Shown in pieces: positions 44,818 through 55,127 of a DNA stretch of 64,000 nt (position 1 is its first letter; each line of letters starts with the position of its first letter). Position numbers and translations under genes: made by a program. Source of the stretch: an uncultured delta proteobacterium (lineage in GTDB: Bacteria > Myxococcota > Kuafuiibacteriia > Kuafuiibacteriales > Kuafuiibacteriaceae); contig CAWDML010000005.1 in NCBI GenBank assembly GCA_963803435.1, positions 320,001 through 384,000 of the forward strand, in the 5' to 3' direction. Under the pieces are notes generated by a model, which saw nothing but the letters and a program-made list of their open reading frames with translations, was not told where the DNA came from and ran no database searches.

Positions 44818-47800
44818 GCGGCGAGGACTGGATCGACGTCGCCCGGCTTCCGAAGGACGATCGCCGGCGGCGCACCCTCGAGCGGCTGGAGTCTGCCGGC
44901 GTGCCGGAAGCGCGCCGCGTGGCCCGGGAGTACGCCGATCTGCTCGAGCTCCCGATCTTCGCGATCGCCGCCGGACGCGTCACGGCGCATCTGGCCCGCG
45001 CCGGCAGCCCTGCGAGGGCTACCATCGCGCTCGGCGACTCGATCCGCAGCCTCGAGGAGAAGCGCGGCGACGCCTCTCCACTGCTCGTGGAGCCCATCCT
45101 CGCCCTCTCGATCGAGCTCGCCGGATCGAGCGCGCGAGCGGCCCGCCTGATGTCGAGTGATCCGGCCCTCGCGATCGAGCTGGGCACTGCGGTCGATCTC
45201 GTTCGCACGATGGAGACCCCCGACTACGCGGCGACCCTCGCCCGCATCGTGGCGGCCTCGCCGGGCGATACGCCGCGGTTCGATCGACTGATCCGCCGCT
45301 GGCGCAACCGCGAGATGCTTCGCATCGCCCTCCGCGAGCTCCGCAACACGGACGTTCGCCGGACCGCCGCCGAGCTGGCCGATCTCGCCTCCGCCGCGCT
45401 CCAGGCCGCGCTCGATCACCACCGTCCGATCGTCGAGGCCGAGCTGGGAAGCCCCGAACCTGCGTGCCGGCACGTCGTCGTGGGCATGGGAAAGCTCGGC
45501 GGTCGCGAGCTCAACTTCTCTTCGGACATCGATCTCATCTATCTGTACGAGCACGACGAAGGGCGCGCTGGTACGGCCACGCTCCACGAGTACTTCGTCG
45601 AGCTCTTCCGCCGCGTTACCACCTCGATCTCGCACATCACCGAGCACGGGTTCGTGTTCCGCGTCGACCTCGACCTGCGGCCAGAGGGCCGCCCGGGCGC
45701 GCTCGCCAACAGCCTGGCCAGCGCCGAACGCTACTACGAGACCTGGGGCCGCACCTGGGAGCGGGCCGCCTGGATCAAGGCGCGCCCGGTGGCCGGCGAT
45801 CTGGATCTCGGCCCGCGCATCGCCGACTTCATCCGCCCCTTCGTCTACCGCCGCGCCTTCGATCTGAAGGCGATCGAGTCGATCGTCGAGATGAAGTCGA
45901 AGATCGACGCGCAGCGCAAGCGCTCGGGGTTGGGCCCGCGGCTCGACCTGAAGCTGGGCGCAGGCGGGATCCGCGAGATCGAGTTCTTCGTGCAGGCCTA
46001 TCAGCTTCTCCACGGCGGGCACGACCGCCGTCTTCGCCTCCACAACACGCTCGAGGCGCTCCAGGCGCTGGAGGCGGTCGGTCTCGTCAACGCGCGGACG
46101 CGCGCGCTCCTCGCGGACGCCTATCTGCTCCTGAGGAAGGTCGAGCACCGGATCCAGATCGTCGACGACCAGCAGACGCATACACTCCCGGCGGATCCGG
46201 AGGCGCTGGCCCAGCTCGCCCGCTCGCTCGGCTTCGCCTCGCCGGATGTTCTGGCGCTCCACCTGCAGGAGGCGATGGGAGGCGTGCACGAGCAGTTCTC
46301 GAACCTGCTGGGCGCGGCCGAGGAGGAGGAGAACATCCCGGACGAGGTCGATCGGCTCCTCGATGAGGACCTGAGCGAGGAGGTCCGCGTCCCGGTGCTG
46401 GCCGAGCTGGGATCCCGGTCGCCCTACGAGAGCCTCACCGCCCTGCGCGCCGCCACGCGGCTGCCCGGCAGCCCCTTCCACGCCCGCGCCGACGCCCGCG
46501 GGCATCGGGTCGCCCGCGCGCTCCTCGCCGAGTGCCTCGCCAGCCCGGACATCGATCGCGCGCTCGAGCATCTGCCTGCCCTGACGCGCGTGCTGGTCCT
46601 CCACCGCAGCTATCTGGAGCAGCTGGAGCGCCCCACGATCCGCCGCGGCGTGGCCAGAGTGCTCGGAGCGAGCGACCTCCTGGCGCGCATCCTGATCTCG
46701 AACCTCTCGCTGGTCTCCGAGGTCCTGCTGCCCGACTCGCTCCCGACTCGACCGGAGCTCGAGGTCTTCCCCACCAGCACCGCACATCCCGGCGGCGATC
46801 CCGAGGAGGTGCTCTCGATGCTGCGGGCCGAGAAGCAGGAAGAGCTGCTCCGCACCGCGCTGGCGGATCTGGGAGGGGTCCTCTCGACGGCGGAGGTGGA
46901 GGATCGGTTGACGCGCCTGGCCGAGGTCCTGATCGAGGCCGCGTTGGAGCTGGCGCTGCGCGAGACCGAGCTGAAGTACGGAAGGCCGGTGGATCCGGCC
47001 GCGGAGCTCGCGGTGATCGGTGGCGGGACGATCGGTGCCCGCGAGCTTGGTTACCGCAGCGACGTCGATCTCAGCTTCATCTTCCGCGGAGAAGGCGAGA
47101 CCGAGGGCGGCACGCGCGCGGCCATCGGAGTCGGTGAGCTGTACACGCGGGTGGCCCAGCGTCTCATCTCGTTTCTCACGCTGCGCGGGCGCGAGGGGGC
47201 CCTCTACTCCGTCGACATGCGGCTCAGACCGAGCGGGTCCCAGGGCGTGTTGGTCGTGAGCATGCGGAACTTCCAGGCGTATCACGAGAATGACGCACAG
47301 CTCTGGGAGCGGCAGTCGTTGATCCGTTCCCGCACCATCGCCGGGTCGCCCGCGCTCCGCGCCGAGGTGGACCGCGCGATCCACGCGGCCGCGTACGACT
47401 CCGGCCCCGCGGAGGACGCCGCCCGGAAGATCGGCGAGATGCGCGCGCGTCTCGCGGCGGAGCGGTCCGCGAAGAAGCTCCGGCGGGGCGCCGACGCCCT
47501 CGACCTGAAGCTGGGGCGGGGCGGTTTGGTCGAGGTGGAGTTCATGGTCCAGTACCTGCTGATCCAGCACGGCGGTGCGCACCCCGAGGTTCGGACCACC
47601 TCCACACGCACCGCGCTCCGCGCGCTCGCCCGCGCAGGATTCCTGGACCGGGATCAGGCCGTGCAGGTGGCCGAGTCCTACGATCGGCTGCGCAGAGTTC
47701 TGAACTGGCTGCGGATCGCGCACGACGAGAACCTCGATCAGGTGGACCTTTCGGAAGCGGCGCTCAAGAAGCTGGCCCTCGCCGTCGGCTACCAGGGGCG

Positions 47801-47882
47801 CGGAGCCGCCACGCTTCTCCGGCGCGATCTGGAGGCGGATACGGAGCGGATCCACCGGATCTACCTCGCCATTCTGTGCTAG
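44814..47882 (+). CDS. glnE: Glutamine synthetase adenylyltransferase/adenylyl-removing enzyme
   Basis: Two NT domains: GMGKLGGRELNFSSDIDL and VDLDLRPEG; ELGYRSDVDL and VDMRLRPSG; LKLGxGG twice. Confidence 0.95.
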   Translation: MSGEDWIDVARLPKDDRRRRTLERLESAGVPEARRVAREYADLLELPIFAIAAGRVTAHLARAGSPARATIALGDSIRSLEEKRGDASPLLVEPILALSIELAGSSARAARLMSSDPALAIELGTAVDLVRTMETPDYAATLARIVAASPGDTPRFDRLIRRWRNREMLRIALRELRNTDVRRTAAELADLASAALQAALDHHRPIVEAELGSPEPACRHVVVGMGKLGGRELNFSSDIDLIYLYEHDEGRAGTATLHEYFVELFRRVTTSISHITEHGFVFRVDLDLRPEGRPGALANSLASAERYYETWGRTWERAAWIKARPVAGDLDLGPRIADFIRPFVYRRAFDLKAIESIVEMKSKIDAQRKRSGLGPRLDLKLGAGGIREIEFFVQAYQLLHGGHDRRLRLHNTLEALQALEAVGLVNARTRALLADAYLLLRKVEHRIQIVDDQQTHTLPADPEALAQLARSLGFASPDVLALHLQEAMGGVHEQFSNLLGAAEEEENIPDEVDRLLDEDLSEEVRVPVLAELGSRSPYESLTALRAATRLPGSPFHARADARGHRVARALLAECLASPDIDRALEHLPALTRVLVLHRSYLEQLERPTIRRGVARVLGASDLLARILISNLSLVSEVLLPDSLPTRPELEVFPTSTAHPGGDPEEVLSMLRAEKQEELLRTALADLGGVLSTAEVEDRLTRLAEVLIEAALELALRETELKYGRPVDPAAELAVIGGGTIGARELGYRSDVDLSFIFRGEGETEGGTRAAIGVGELYTRVAQRLISFLTLRGREGALYSVDMRLRPSGSQGVLVVSMRNFQAYHENDAQLWERQSLIRSRTIAGSPALRAEVDRAIHAAAYDSGPAEDAARKIGEMRARLAAERSAKKLRRGADALDLKLGRGGLVEVEFMVQYLLIQHGGAHPEVRTTSTRTALRALARAGFLDRDQAVQVAESYDRLRRVLNWLRIAHDENLDQVDLSEAALKKLALAVGYQGRGAATLLRRDLEADTERIHRIYLAILC

Positions 47883-47894
47883 AGATTCGAGGGC

Positions 47895-50429
47895 GTGACG
47901 AAGTCCGTTCTCATCGTCGAGGACGACAGCTCCCTCGCCGGGCTCCTCCACGAGGTCCTCGACGCGGAGGGCTTCGAGGTCACGATCGGGGCCTCGGTCG
48001 AGTCGGGTGTGAACGCGGACCTGGTGGTGGTGAACGGCTTCGATGCGGTCGAGCGCCTGCGTGCGCTCCCGCGAGGCGACGAGGTGCCGATCATCGTGAT
48101 CGACGGCGACGACCTGTCGGCCGCCGCGCGACAGGAGCAGATCGTGCGCCATCGACTCACCGAGGTCCTCGAGAGACCGCTCGACCTGGACCGATTGATC
48201 GACGCGCTTCACGACGTCTTCAGCAGCGCCTATCCCGAGCCGCGCACGACCGGAGAGCACCGCGTCGCCGTCCTCCCCGAGGTGAGCTCGAACCGAACGC
48301 TCCACGACGTGCCCGACAAGGGCGATCTGGCCGAGGTCCCCTTCGCCACGGTGCTGGGCAAGCTGTTCCGGCGCCGCGCCTCGGGCGCGCTCATGCTGCG
48401 CAAGGCCTCGGTCAAGAAGATCGTCTATCTGACCGAAGGCGTCCCGGTGTTCGTGAAGTCGAATTTGCTCGCCGAATGCCTGGGTCGGATCATGGTCCAG
48501 GAGCGTCTGATCTCGCAGGAGGAGTGCGACGAGTCGCTCCGTCGCAAGAAGCAGGAGAAGCGGCGCCAGGGCGACATCCTGATCCAGATGGGGAGCATCT
48601 CCCCACACAACCTCAACTTCGCGCTCGAGCTACAGATGCAGGTGAAGCTGTTCGACATGTTCTCCTGGCTCGAGGGTCGCTACCAGTTCAACGATCGCGC
48701 CGACTACAACGCGACGCAGATCGTCCTGCCGATGGCGCCGAGCGCGATGATCTACGAGGGCGCTTCCCGGGCGATGTCCAACGACCGGATCGCCCGCGAG
48801 CTGGCACGGATGGCGGACGCCAAGCTGATCCCCTCCGCGGATCCCACGTTCCGCTACCAGACGCTCCAGCTGGAGCCGCGGGCTGAGTCGCTGATCGAGG
48901 CCATGGACGGCACGCGCTCCGTCCGCGGGCTGCTCGACATCGCCGACTTCGAGCGCGCCGAGGCCGCGCTCCTCCTCTATGCGCTTTGCTGTGTCGGCCT
49001 CCTCGAGCCCACCGGAGAGGCGGTCTCGGGCTCGCATCCGATCGCGCTCGACGAGGGCGACGTGGAGATCCTCTCCACAGGCGAGATCAACGCGATCGCC
49101 GCGCTCGGTCGCGTCGACGAGCTGCCGCTGGGCTCGGAGCCGAACTGGGACCGGCTGGCCGCGCTGATCGATGCGTCGGCGGAGGAGGCGCTCGACCCTG
49201 CGACCGAACCTCCGGAGCCCTCCCCGCTGCCGTACGAGCCCGACCTCGATCGCTGGACCGGCCCGTCCCCGTCGATCCTGTTCCCGGAGGACGAGGACGA
49301 CGGCGTGGAGGATCCGCTGGAAGGCGCGACCGAAGAGGCGTTCAGCACCGACGATGTCCTGGCCCAGCCTTCGATCGACGAGGTCGGCGACACCTTCGAG
49401 TCCGATCCCGCTCTCCCGGAGCCTTCGCTTCGGCTGAAGCGCGGCGTGCTCGCGCGCGGGACCTCGCTCCCGCGTTCGCCGCGGTGGACGCCGAAGGCGC
49501 AGGCGCCCGAACCCCCGCTCGACGGCGCCAACGGATCGTCACCGCCGCTGTCGGAGGCGCTGCGCCGCCAGGTCCGGGAGCGCCTCGAGGCGCACGTCGC
49601 CCGGATCGCGGAGGCGCGGGCGTCCGAACGTCCCCGACCCGCGTCGCCGACCACGAAGAAGTTCCCGACCAAGCCGTCCGCGACCAGCACCTACCGCCTC
49701 CGCGCCGCCCCCAAGGACCAGGAGAAGGAGAAGAAGCTGGAAGCGGAGCTGACGGACCGGCTCGAGCTGATGGAGCGACAGACCTACTACGAGCTCCTCG
49801 AGGTCGCCGACGACGCCCGGGTCGAGCTCATCCGCACGGCCTACCACGCGCTGGCCCGCAAGCACGAGCCCGAGCGCATCGTTGGCGCCAGCACCTCTCG
49901 GTTGGTGCACAAGACCGCGGAGCAGATCTATCTGCTGCTGACGCGTGCGCTCAACACGCTCACGAACGAGGAGGCGCGGGCCGAGTACGATCTCCGGATC
50001 GGCCTGCGGCACCTGCGACAGGCGGACCTGATCGCGGCGGAGAGCGCATTCGAGCTGGGGATCGCGGCCGTCTCGCGGGATGACTGGCGCGCCGCGCGCG
50101 AGCTGTTCGAACGCGCCGTCCGCCTCAACCGGGACGAGGGGGTCTACCTCGCGCATCTGGCCCGGGCTCTCCACAAGAACGGCGGTCCCGAGGAGCGATC
50201 GATCGAGCTGCTCGATCGCGCCGCCGAGCTGAGCCCGCGCGCCGACGACGTCCACCTGTTCAAGGGACAGCTCCACGAGCAGGCCGGCCGCAAGGCCGAG
50301 GCCGTCCTCGCGTACCAGCGCGCCGTCGCCTGCAACCCGGATTGCGTCCCTGCCCTCGAGGCGCTGCGGGTGCTCGACCCGCCGAGCCACAAGAAGAGCG
50401 GTCTGTTGTCTCGCTTGAACTTGAGCTAG
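47895..50429 (+). CDS. Degenerate receiver / DUF4388-like / J-like / TPR multidomain protein
   Basis: VLIVEDD; GDLAEVPF..LGRIMV..GRYQF; TYYELLEV..IRTAY..KHEPER; TPR tail. Confidence 0.8.
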   Translation: MTKSVLIVEDDSSLAGLLHEVLDAEGFEVTIGASVESGVNADLVVVNGFDAVERLRALPRGDEVPIIVIDGDDLSAAARQEQIVRHRLTEVLERPLDLDRLIDALHDVFSSAYPEPRTTGEHRVAVLPEVSSNRTLHDVPDKGDLAEVPFATVLGKLFRRRASGALMLRKASVKKIVYLTEGVPVFVKSNLLAECLGRIMVQERLISQEECDESLRRKKQEKRRQGDILIQMGSISPHNLNFALELQMQVKLFDMFSWLEGRYQFNDRADYNATQIVLPMAPSAMIYEGASRAMSNDRIARELARMADAKLIPSADPTFRYQTLQLEPRAESLIEAMDGTRSVRGLLDIADFERAEAALLLYALCCVGLLEPTGEAVSGSHPIALDEGDVEILSTGEINAIAALGRVDELPLGSEPNWDRLAALIDASAEEALDPATEPPEPSPLPYEPDLDRWTGPSPSILFPEDEDDGVEDPLEGATEEAFSTDDVLAQPSIDEVGDTFESDPALPEPSLRLKRGVLARGTSLPRSPRWTPKAQAPEPPLDGANGSSPPLSEALRRQVRERLEAHVARIAEARASERPRPASPTTKKFPTKPSATSTYRLRAAPKDQEKEKKLEAELTDRLELMERQTYYELLEVADDARVELIRTAYHALARKHEPERIVGASTSRLVHKTAEQIYLLLTRALNTLTNEEARAEYDLRIGLRHLRQADLIAAESAFELGIAAVSRDDWRAARELFERAVRLNRDEGVYLAHLARALHKNGGPEERSIELLDRAAELSPRADDVHLFKGQLHEQAGRKAEAVLAYQRAVACNPDCVPALEALRVLDPPSHKKSGLLSRLNLS

Positions 50430-50908
50430 GAGCGTGTAGCGCGTAGCGCTACCGCGAGCCCGGTCCGGGTCCCGGTCCCGATGGCGATCATGCAGCCCGG
50501 CGTGCCCACATCGCTGTTGGACGCGAACAGAACCAAGACGCGTCGACTCCGTCCTCATCAGCTTCGGAGCCCACACCTGCCTCGCTCGCTCGCAAGCGAA
50601 TGCGAGACAAGTTGCAAACGCGCGACGGCAAGGCGGTCTACGCCCGCAGGAAGAGTATCGTCGAACCGGCGCTCGGACAGATCAAAGGGGCACGAGGATT
50701 CCGCCGGTTCTCGCTCCGCTCCTTCTTCAAGGTACGAGCCGAGGGGACGCTCGTCTGCCTCACCCACAACCTGCTCAAGCTCTACCGATCGAAGCTCGCG
50801 ACCGTCGCGAGCGTCTGACTCAAGGCAGCCATCTTCAGATCGGGACCCGGACCGGGACCGGGACCCGGACCGGGGTCGCGTGAGCGCTTACGCGCTACAC
50901 GCTCCTAG
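50426..50908. mobile_element. Copy 2 of the element: 475-bp non-autonomous (MITE-like) derivative, inverted relative to copies 1 and 3
   Basis: CTAG at 50426-50429 and 50905-50908; both IRs present; the last codons of the 4HB gene are fused at ~50505 to the transposase 3' end. Confidence 0.9.
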
Positions 50909-51295
50909 CTAGCGCCGGGGCTCGGGCGGCTTGGTGGCGTCGCCGAGCTCGAGGAGCCACTGGCGGATGCGGCGCTCGTCGCCGGGGGCGAACTGCTCGA
51001 ACGCCGCGCCCACGCGATAGAGGCCGTTGTCGCGTTGCTCTTGCCAGACCATTCGCGCGCTCACCTTGAGGATCTCGACCTCTTTGCCGCGCGGGATGTA
51101 CAGGAGCACGCGGAAGCGCTCGTTCTCTTCGAGCGTCTCACCGATCTCGAAGCAGATGCCGCTCGGGCTCATGTTGACGCTCGAGCTGGCGAGGCCTTCC
51201 TGGAACCGCTCGACCTCGACACGGATCTCCACACGCTTTCGGAGAAAACGTTTGTGGAATGGATACTGCTCTTTCTTTTCGTCGGTCGAGTCCAT
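50909..51295 (-). CDS. PilZ-domain protein
   Basis: KRFLRK, NMSPSGICF, ARMVW..VGAAF. Confidence 0.85.
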   Translation of the reverse strand: MDSTDEKKEQYPFHKRFLRKRVEIRVEVERFQEGLASSSVNMSPSGICFEIGETLEENERFRVLLYIPRGKEVEILKVSARMVWQEQRDNGLYRVGAAFEQFAPGDERRIRQWLLELGDATKPPEPRR

Positions 51296-51367
51296 GTTCC
51301 CCGCTGTGAAGGATGGCGCATCCTATTGCTGAGCGAACAAGAGATTCAAGCTGGGGTTTCGCCACAA

Positions 51368-51928
51368 TCAACGCAGCAGGGCGCGGGCCAAACCTGCACC
51401 CACCAGAACGGCGCCTGCGGCATGCATGAACAGATGCACCGCATCACTCGCTGGACATTCGAGCCCCACCGCCAGCGCCGCTGTCGACGCGCACGCGACC
51501 GCCTGAAGCTGTGTGGCACCGCCGAACCGGCGCCGCGTCCGACCCAGGATCATGCGTGCGCTCACCAGTGCGACCAGACCGATTCCGGCGAGCGTGAGGC
51601 CACAGCCGACGCCCGAGAGGTGCGGCTCGATCGAGGTGGCACCGAGAAGGGGGGAGAGGAACGCCAGCACGCCGAGCGCGGCCGCAGCAGCCGGTGCGAG
51701 CCGGAGATGGGCGGAGGCCGAGGCGGAGATCCCGAGCAACGCGAAGCCGAGGGCGACCGTGAGCGCGAGGACGTCCTGGGGCCCGAGCGAAGCTCGAAAC
51801 CCTTTCACGGGGATCAGGGAGAGGGCGAGCCCCGCGAACAGCGCCAGCAGGACGATGCTTCGCTGGGCCCGCGACCGCGACTCCTGCGCGAGATCGGATC
51901 GAATCTGATCAGCGACCTCCATGCTCAT
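51368..51928 (-). CDS. Membrane anti-sigma factor (NrsF/DUF1109-like)
   Basis: Multi-TM with Cys residues and ECP..H; ATG overlaps the sigma-factor stop. Confidence 0.65.
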   Translation of the reverse strand: MSMEVADQIRSDLAQESRSRAQRSIVLLALFAGLALSLIPVKGFRASLGPQDVLALTVALGFALLGISASASAHLRLAPAAAAALGVLAFLSPLLGATSIEPHLSGVGCGLTLAGIGLVALVSARMILGRTRRRFGGATQLQAVACASTAALAVGLECPASDAVHLFMHAAGAVLVGAGLARALLR

Positions 51929-52494
51929 GATCTTTCCGATCGGAACCCGAGGAGCAACCGGGCCAGCGCCTTGTAGCCGCGGTGCGCGCGGACCCGGGCC
52001 GCGCCTTCTTTGATCCCGAGGACTTCGGCCACCTCCGACATCGGACGACCCTCGAGCTTGTGCAGTCGGATCACATCCCGCGACGAGGTCGGCAGCGCCT
52101 CGATCGCCTGGCGCACGGCCTGGATCACCTCGCGCTCGTCCTCCTCCCGCCAATCGAAGGCCGGCTTGTCGTCCGCGATTCGCGCCGCCTGCTCGTCCTC
52201 CAGCGGGCGCTCCTGTGCCGCGCGCGAGCGGAGATGGTCGAGGGCCACGTTGCGCGCGATCGTCATGACCCAGGGAAGCACCGGCGCACCTCTTCGGTAC
52301 CGCTGGCGCGACGCGTGTATCTTCAGCAGCGACACTTGCAAGGCGTCTTGCACCTTGTCGTCGGTCTTGAGCCAGCGCCGGAGGTTGGAGGTGAGCGCCG
52401 GCCTGAGCAAGCCGTAGAGGGTGTCGAACGCGGCGCGATCACCGTCCGCGTACCGCTCCATCAAGAGCTCGAGCGATTCCGCCGAGTCCGCCAC
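51925..52494 (-). CDS. ECF RNA polymerase sigma factor
   Basis: GDRAAFDTLY, PWVMTIARNVALDHLR, EVAEVLGIKEGAARVRAHRG. Confidence 0.93.
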   Translation of the reverse strand: MADSAESLELLMERYADGDRAAFDTLYGLLRPALTSNLRRWLKTDDKVQDALQVSLLKIHASRQRYRRGAPVLPWVMTIARNVALDHLRSRAAQERPLEDEQAARIADDKPAFDWREEDEREVIQAVRQAIEALPTSSRDVIRLHKLEGRPMSEVAEVLGIKEGAARVRAHRGYKALARLLLGFRSERS

Positions 52495-52528
52495 GTTGGA
52501 GCGAGCGTCCTCGCCTCATGTGTTTTGG

Positions 52529-54450
52529 TCAAGCGCCGCCGATTCCCTTGAGCGACCGGAATAGCGACTTCGGCCGGCGGAGGAAGCGGATGTGATACGA
52601 GATCGAGTGGCGCCCTTCACCGAGGATCACGGTGGCGACATCGCGGACCTCCAGGCGGAGGCAGCTGTACTTCCGTCCCTCCGCGAGCTCGGCGAACATC
52701 ACGGTGGCGCTGCCCCGGACCAAATGACCGGCGACGTCCTGCGGAAAAACCAGATCGACCGTCTGGTCCTCATTGATCCGAAGCAGCCGGAGCCCCACGT
52801 GAGCCTTCGCAGGCGCCACGCTCCCCTGAGGCGTGGGATGCCCGAGGATGAACTGGTCGCCAGCCTTCCGCAGCACGGCGATGTCCGCCAGGCGACCGCC
52901 GATGCGGCACGCGATCTCGATCCCGTCGTAGTGCTCGGACTTCGCCGGCGGATCCATCCCGCTGGTCGCCGCGACGGTCTCCTCCTCGTCGGAGTGGATC
53001 GGCTCCTGCTTCGTAGGCGGAGGCAGCGGCGGCGGCTTCTTCTCGGTGATGCGCTTGAACTCGTCGAGCGCCTCCGCGTGATCCTCGATCTTGCTCGCCC
53101 ACACGTCGTCGTAGCCGGAGTTGTCGAACGAGTCGGAGACCTCTTTGTTCGGCGTGATCGCGACGGGCGGCGGGGGCGTGGGTACCGCGGTGACCTGTGC
53201 GCGCATCTCCGTCGGCGTCAAGAGCACCGCCTCGTGCCGCTCCCCGCTGTGGGACACCGGGCGGACGGTCATCGGGTCCCGCTCGGGCGAAGCCCGAGAC
53301 ACCCGACTCCGCTCGCTGCGCTCGCTGCGCGCTTCGCTTGGCGGGGGGTCGACGGCGGTCATCGGGACGGACGGGATCACCGGGGGTTGGGCGCGGTGCT
53401 TCTTCTCGGCCTCCTGCGTGGAGGCTTCAGGGTCGAAGGACTTGCGGTCCTTGGCGGTGGAGCGGCGCCGGGCGTCCAGGGAGATCACGTTGGCTTGCTG
53501 TCGCCGCTCGATCATCTGCCCGTCGACGGCCAGTGACGAGGCGAGATCGCGGGCGAACTCGCAGGTGGGGTTGAGCTCGTCGTCGCCGGCGTTGCGGTCT
53601 TCGAGCACCCTGGCGGGCAGCTCGGACTCGGGATCGCGCCAGGGCACCTGCGACATGCGGCGACCCATCTGCTTGGCGTCGAGGGCGGCGATCAGCTCGT
53701 CGAGATCGCGCAGTCGCGCCTCGACAGCGGGATCGAGCGTGACAGAGGGGTGCTTCGGCTCGAGGATCTCGGGCTCGGGTCCGTCGAGCGAGAGCTCGCA
53801 GGCCGCCATGAGCGTCGAGTCTTCGAGCGTCTCGCCTCGGCCGAGCTCGGGGAGGATGGGCGCCACCTCTTTGCTCTTGGGGCGCTTGGGAGCCTCGGCC
53901 CCGGTCTTCCGGCGGATCGCCTCCTGATAGAGGCGCTGGTCGAGACCGGCCGCCAGGTCGATACCGGCCTCCTTGCCGCCGCCCCCGGTGAGGTCGATCG
54001 AGAGGACCGCTTCGATGCGCGTGTCAATCTCCGCCTGTCGCGGATCCACCGTGCTCTTCGGCTCCGCGTCGAGGAGTCGAGGCTTCAGGGTGTAGCTCCC
54101 GATGTGGATCGCGTCCGTGGCCTCGACCGCCATGCGGCCCTTCACGCGGATGCGGTTGACGAACGTGCCGTTGGCGCTGCCGAGGAATCCTCGACGAACA
54201 GCTCGCCCTCCTCGACGAGGAGACGGCAGTGGTGGCGGGAGATGGTGTCGCCGTCGAGCCTCAGCTGGACTCGGGGATGCCGGCCGACCGTGACGGGCCC
54301 GGCGAGATCGAACAGCTCGCAGCCGAGGTACGTCTCCACCCGGAACAGAAAGACCTGCATCGCGGCGGCCTTGGGCGCCGCCACCGAGGGGTCGCGTTTG
54401 TAGCGGCGCGCGCGCCGGATCGATCTGGTCGCAATGCTCTTCGTTCTCAT
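52529..54450 (-). CDS. FHA-domain protein, apparent +2 frameshift near 54187
   Basis: VTVGR..ISRHHC..FVED in ORF 54142..54471 continues LGSANGTFVN into ORF 52529..54145; start uncertain. Confidence 0.8.
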
Positions 54451-54620
54451 GACCCCGACTTCACGATCCACACAGCCGCGATTCGGGCCCCCAACCCGAC
54501 CCTTTCGTTATCGACGAAATGTAGGACACGGTGCGTGCTTTGAGAGAGGGTGGAGACCCCCCCACGTCCCCCTATCGTACGTTTCCGGGCTCCCCGTCTT
54601 CCCATACAGTCTCGCCGGCC

Positions 54621-55127
54621 ATGACCGCCGCCGCCGACGTCCAGAGCCCGGGCGCCCAAACCTTTCGGGACCGCCTCAGCCGTCCTCGCCTGTTCCAGGC
54701 GTTCATGGCCGCCAAGATGCCGCTCGGCGCCCTGGCCGGCCTCCGCATCGAGACCCTCGACGGGTACAAGTGCGCCGTCAGCGTCCCCTACTCGTGGCGT
54801 ACGAAGAACCCGTTCGGCTCCATCTACTTCGCCGCCTTGGCGATGGCGGCCGAGCTGTGCTGCGCCGGCCTGGCGCTGATGGCGGCCCGCGCCCCCGCCG
54901 AGAAGGTCGCGGTCTATCCTGTCGGGATCAAGGGCGACTTCCTCAAGCAGGCCCGCGCCAAGACCATCTTCACCTGCACCCAGGGGCCGGAGCTCTTCGA
55001 GGGCGTGCGGCGTGCCGTCGAGACCAAAGCGCCGGTCACAATCGTGACGAACGCGATCGGACAGACGGAGGCCGGGCTCGTCGTCGCGCGCTTCGAGCTC
55101 ACCTGGTCGTACAAGAGCAAGGCATGA
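54621..55127 (+). CDS. Hotdog-fold thioesterase-like protein (DUF4442-like)
   Basis: WRTKNPFGSIYFAALAMAAE, DFLKQA. Confidence 0.8.
   Translation: MTAAADVQSPGAQTFRDRLSRPRLFQAFMAAKMPLGALAGLRIETLDGYKCAVSVPYSWRTKNPFGSIYFAALAMAAELCCAGLALMAARAPAEKVAVYPVGIKGDFLKQARAKTIFTCTQGPELFEGVRRAVETKAPVTIVTNAIGQTEAGLVVARFELTWSYKSKA

Noticed and set aside
44613-48608. Very long antisense or alternate-frame ORFs (also 14072..16837, 16401..19166, 124..1431)
   Set aside because: These are shadow ORFs expected from high-GC codon bias opposite real genes, with no recognisable motifs.
51314-51330. Sigma-54 promoter TGGCGCATCCTATTGCT
   Set aside because: GG-GC spacing is 11 rather than 10, and it points away from the adjacent gene.
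54503-54519. Palindrome TTTCGT-N5-ACGAAA in a divergent spacer
   Set aside because: Only one instance was noticed and no cognate regulator can be assigned.
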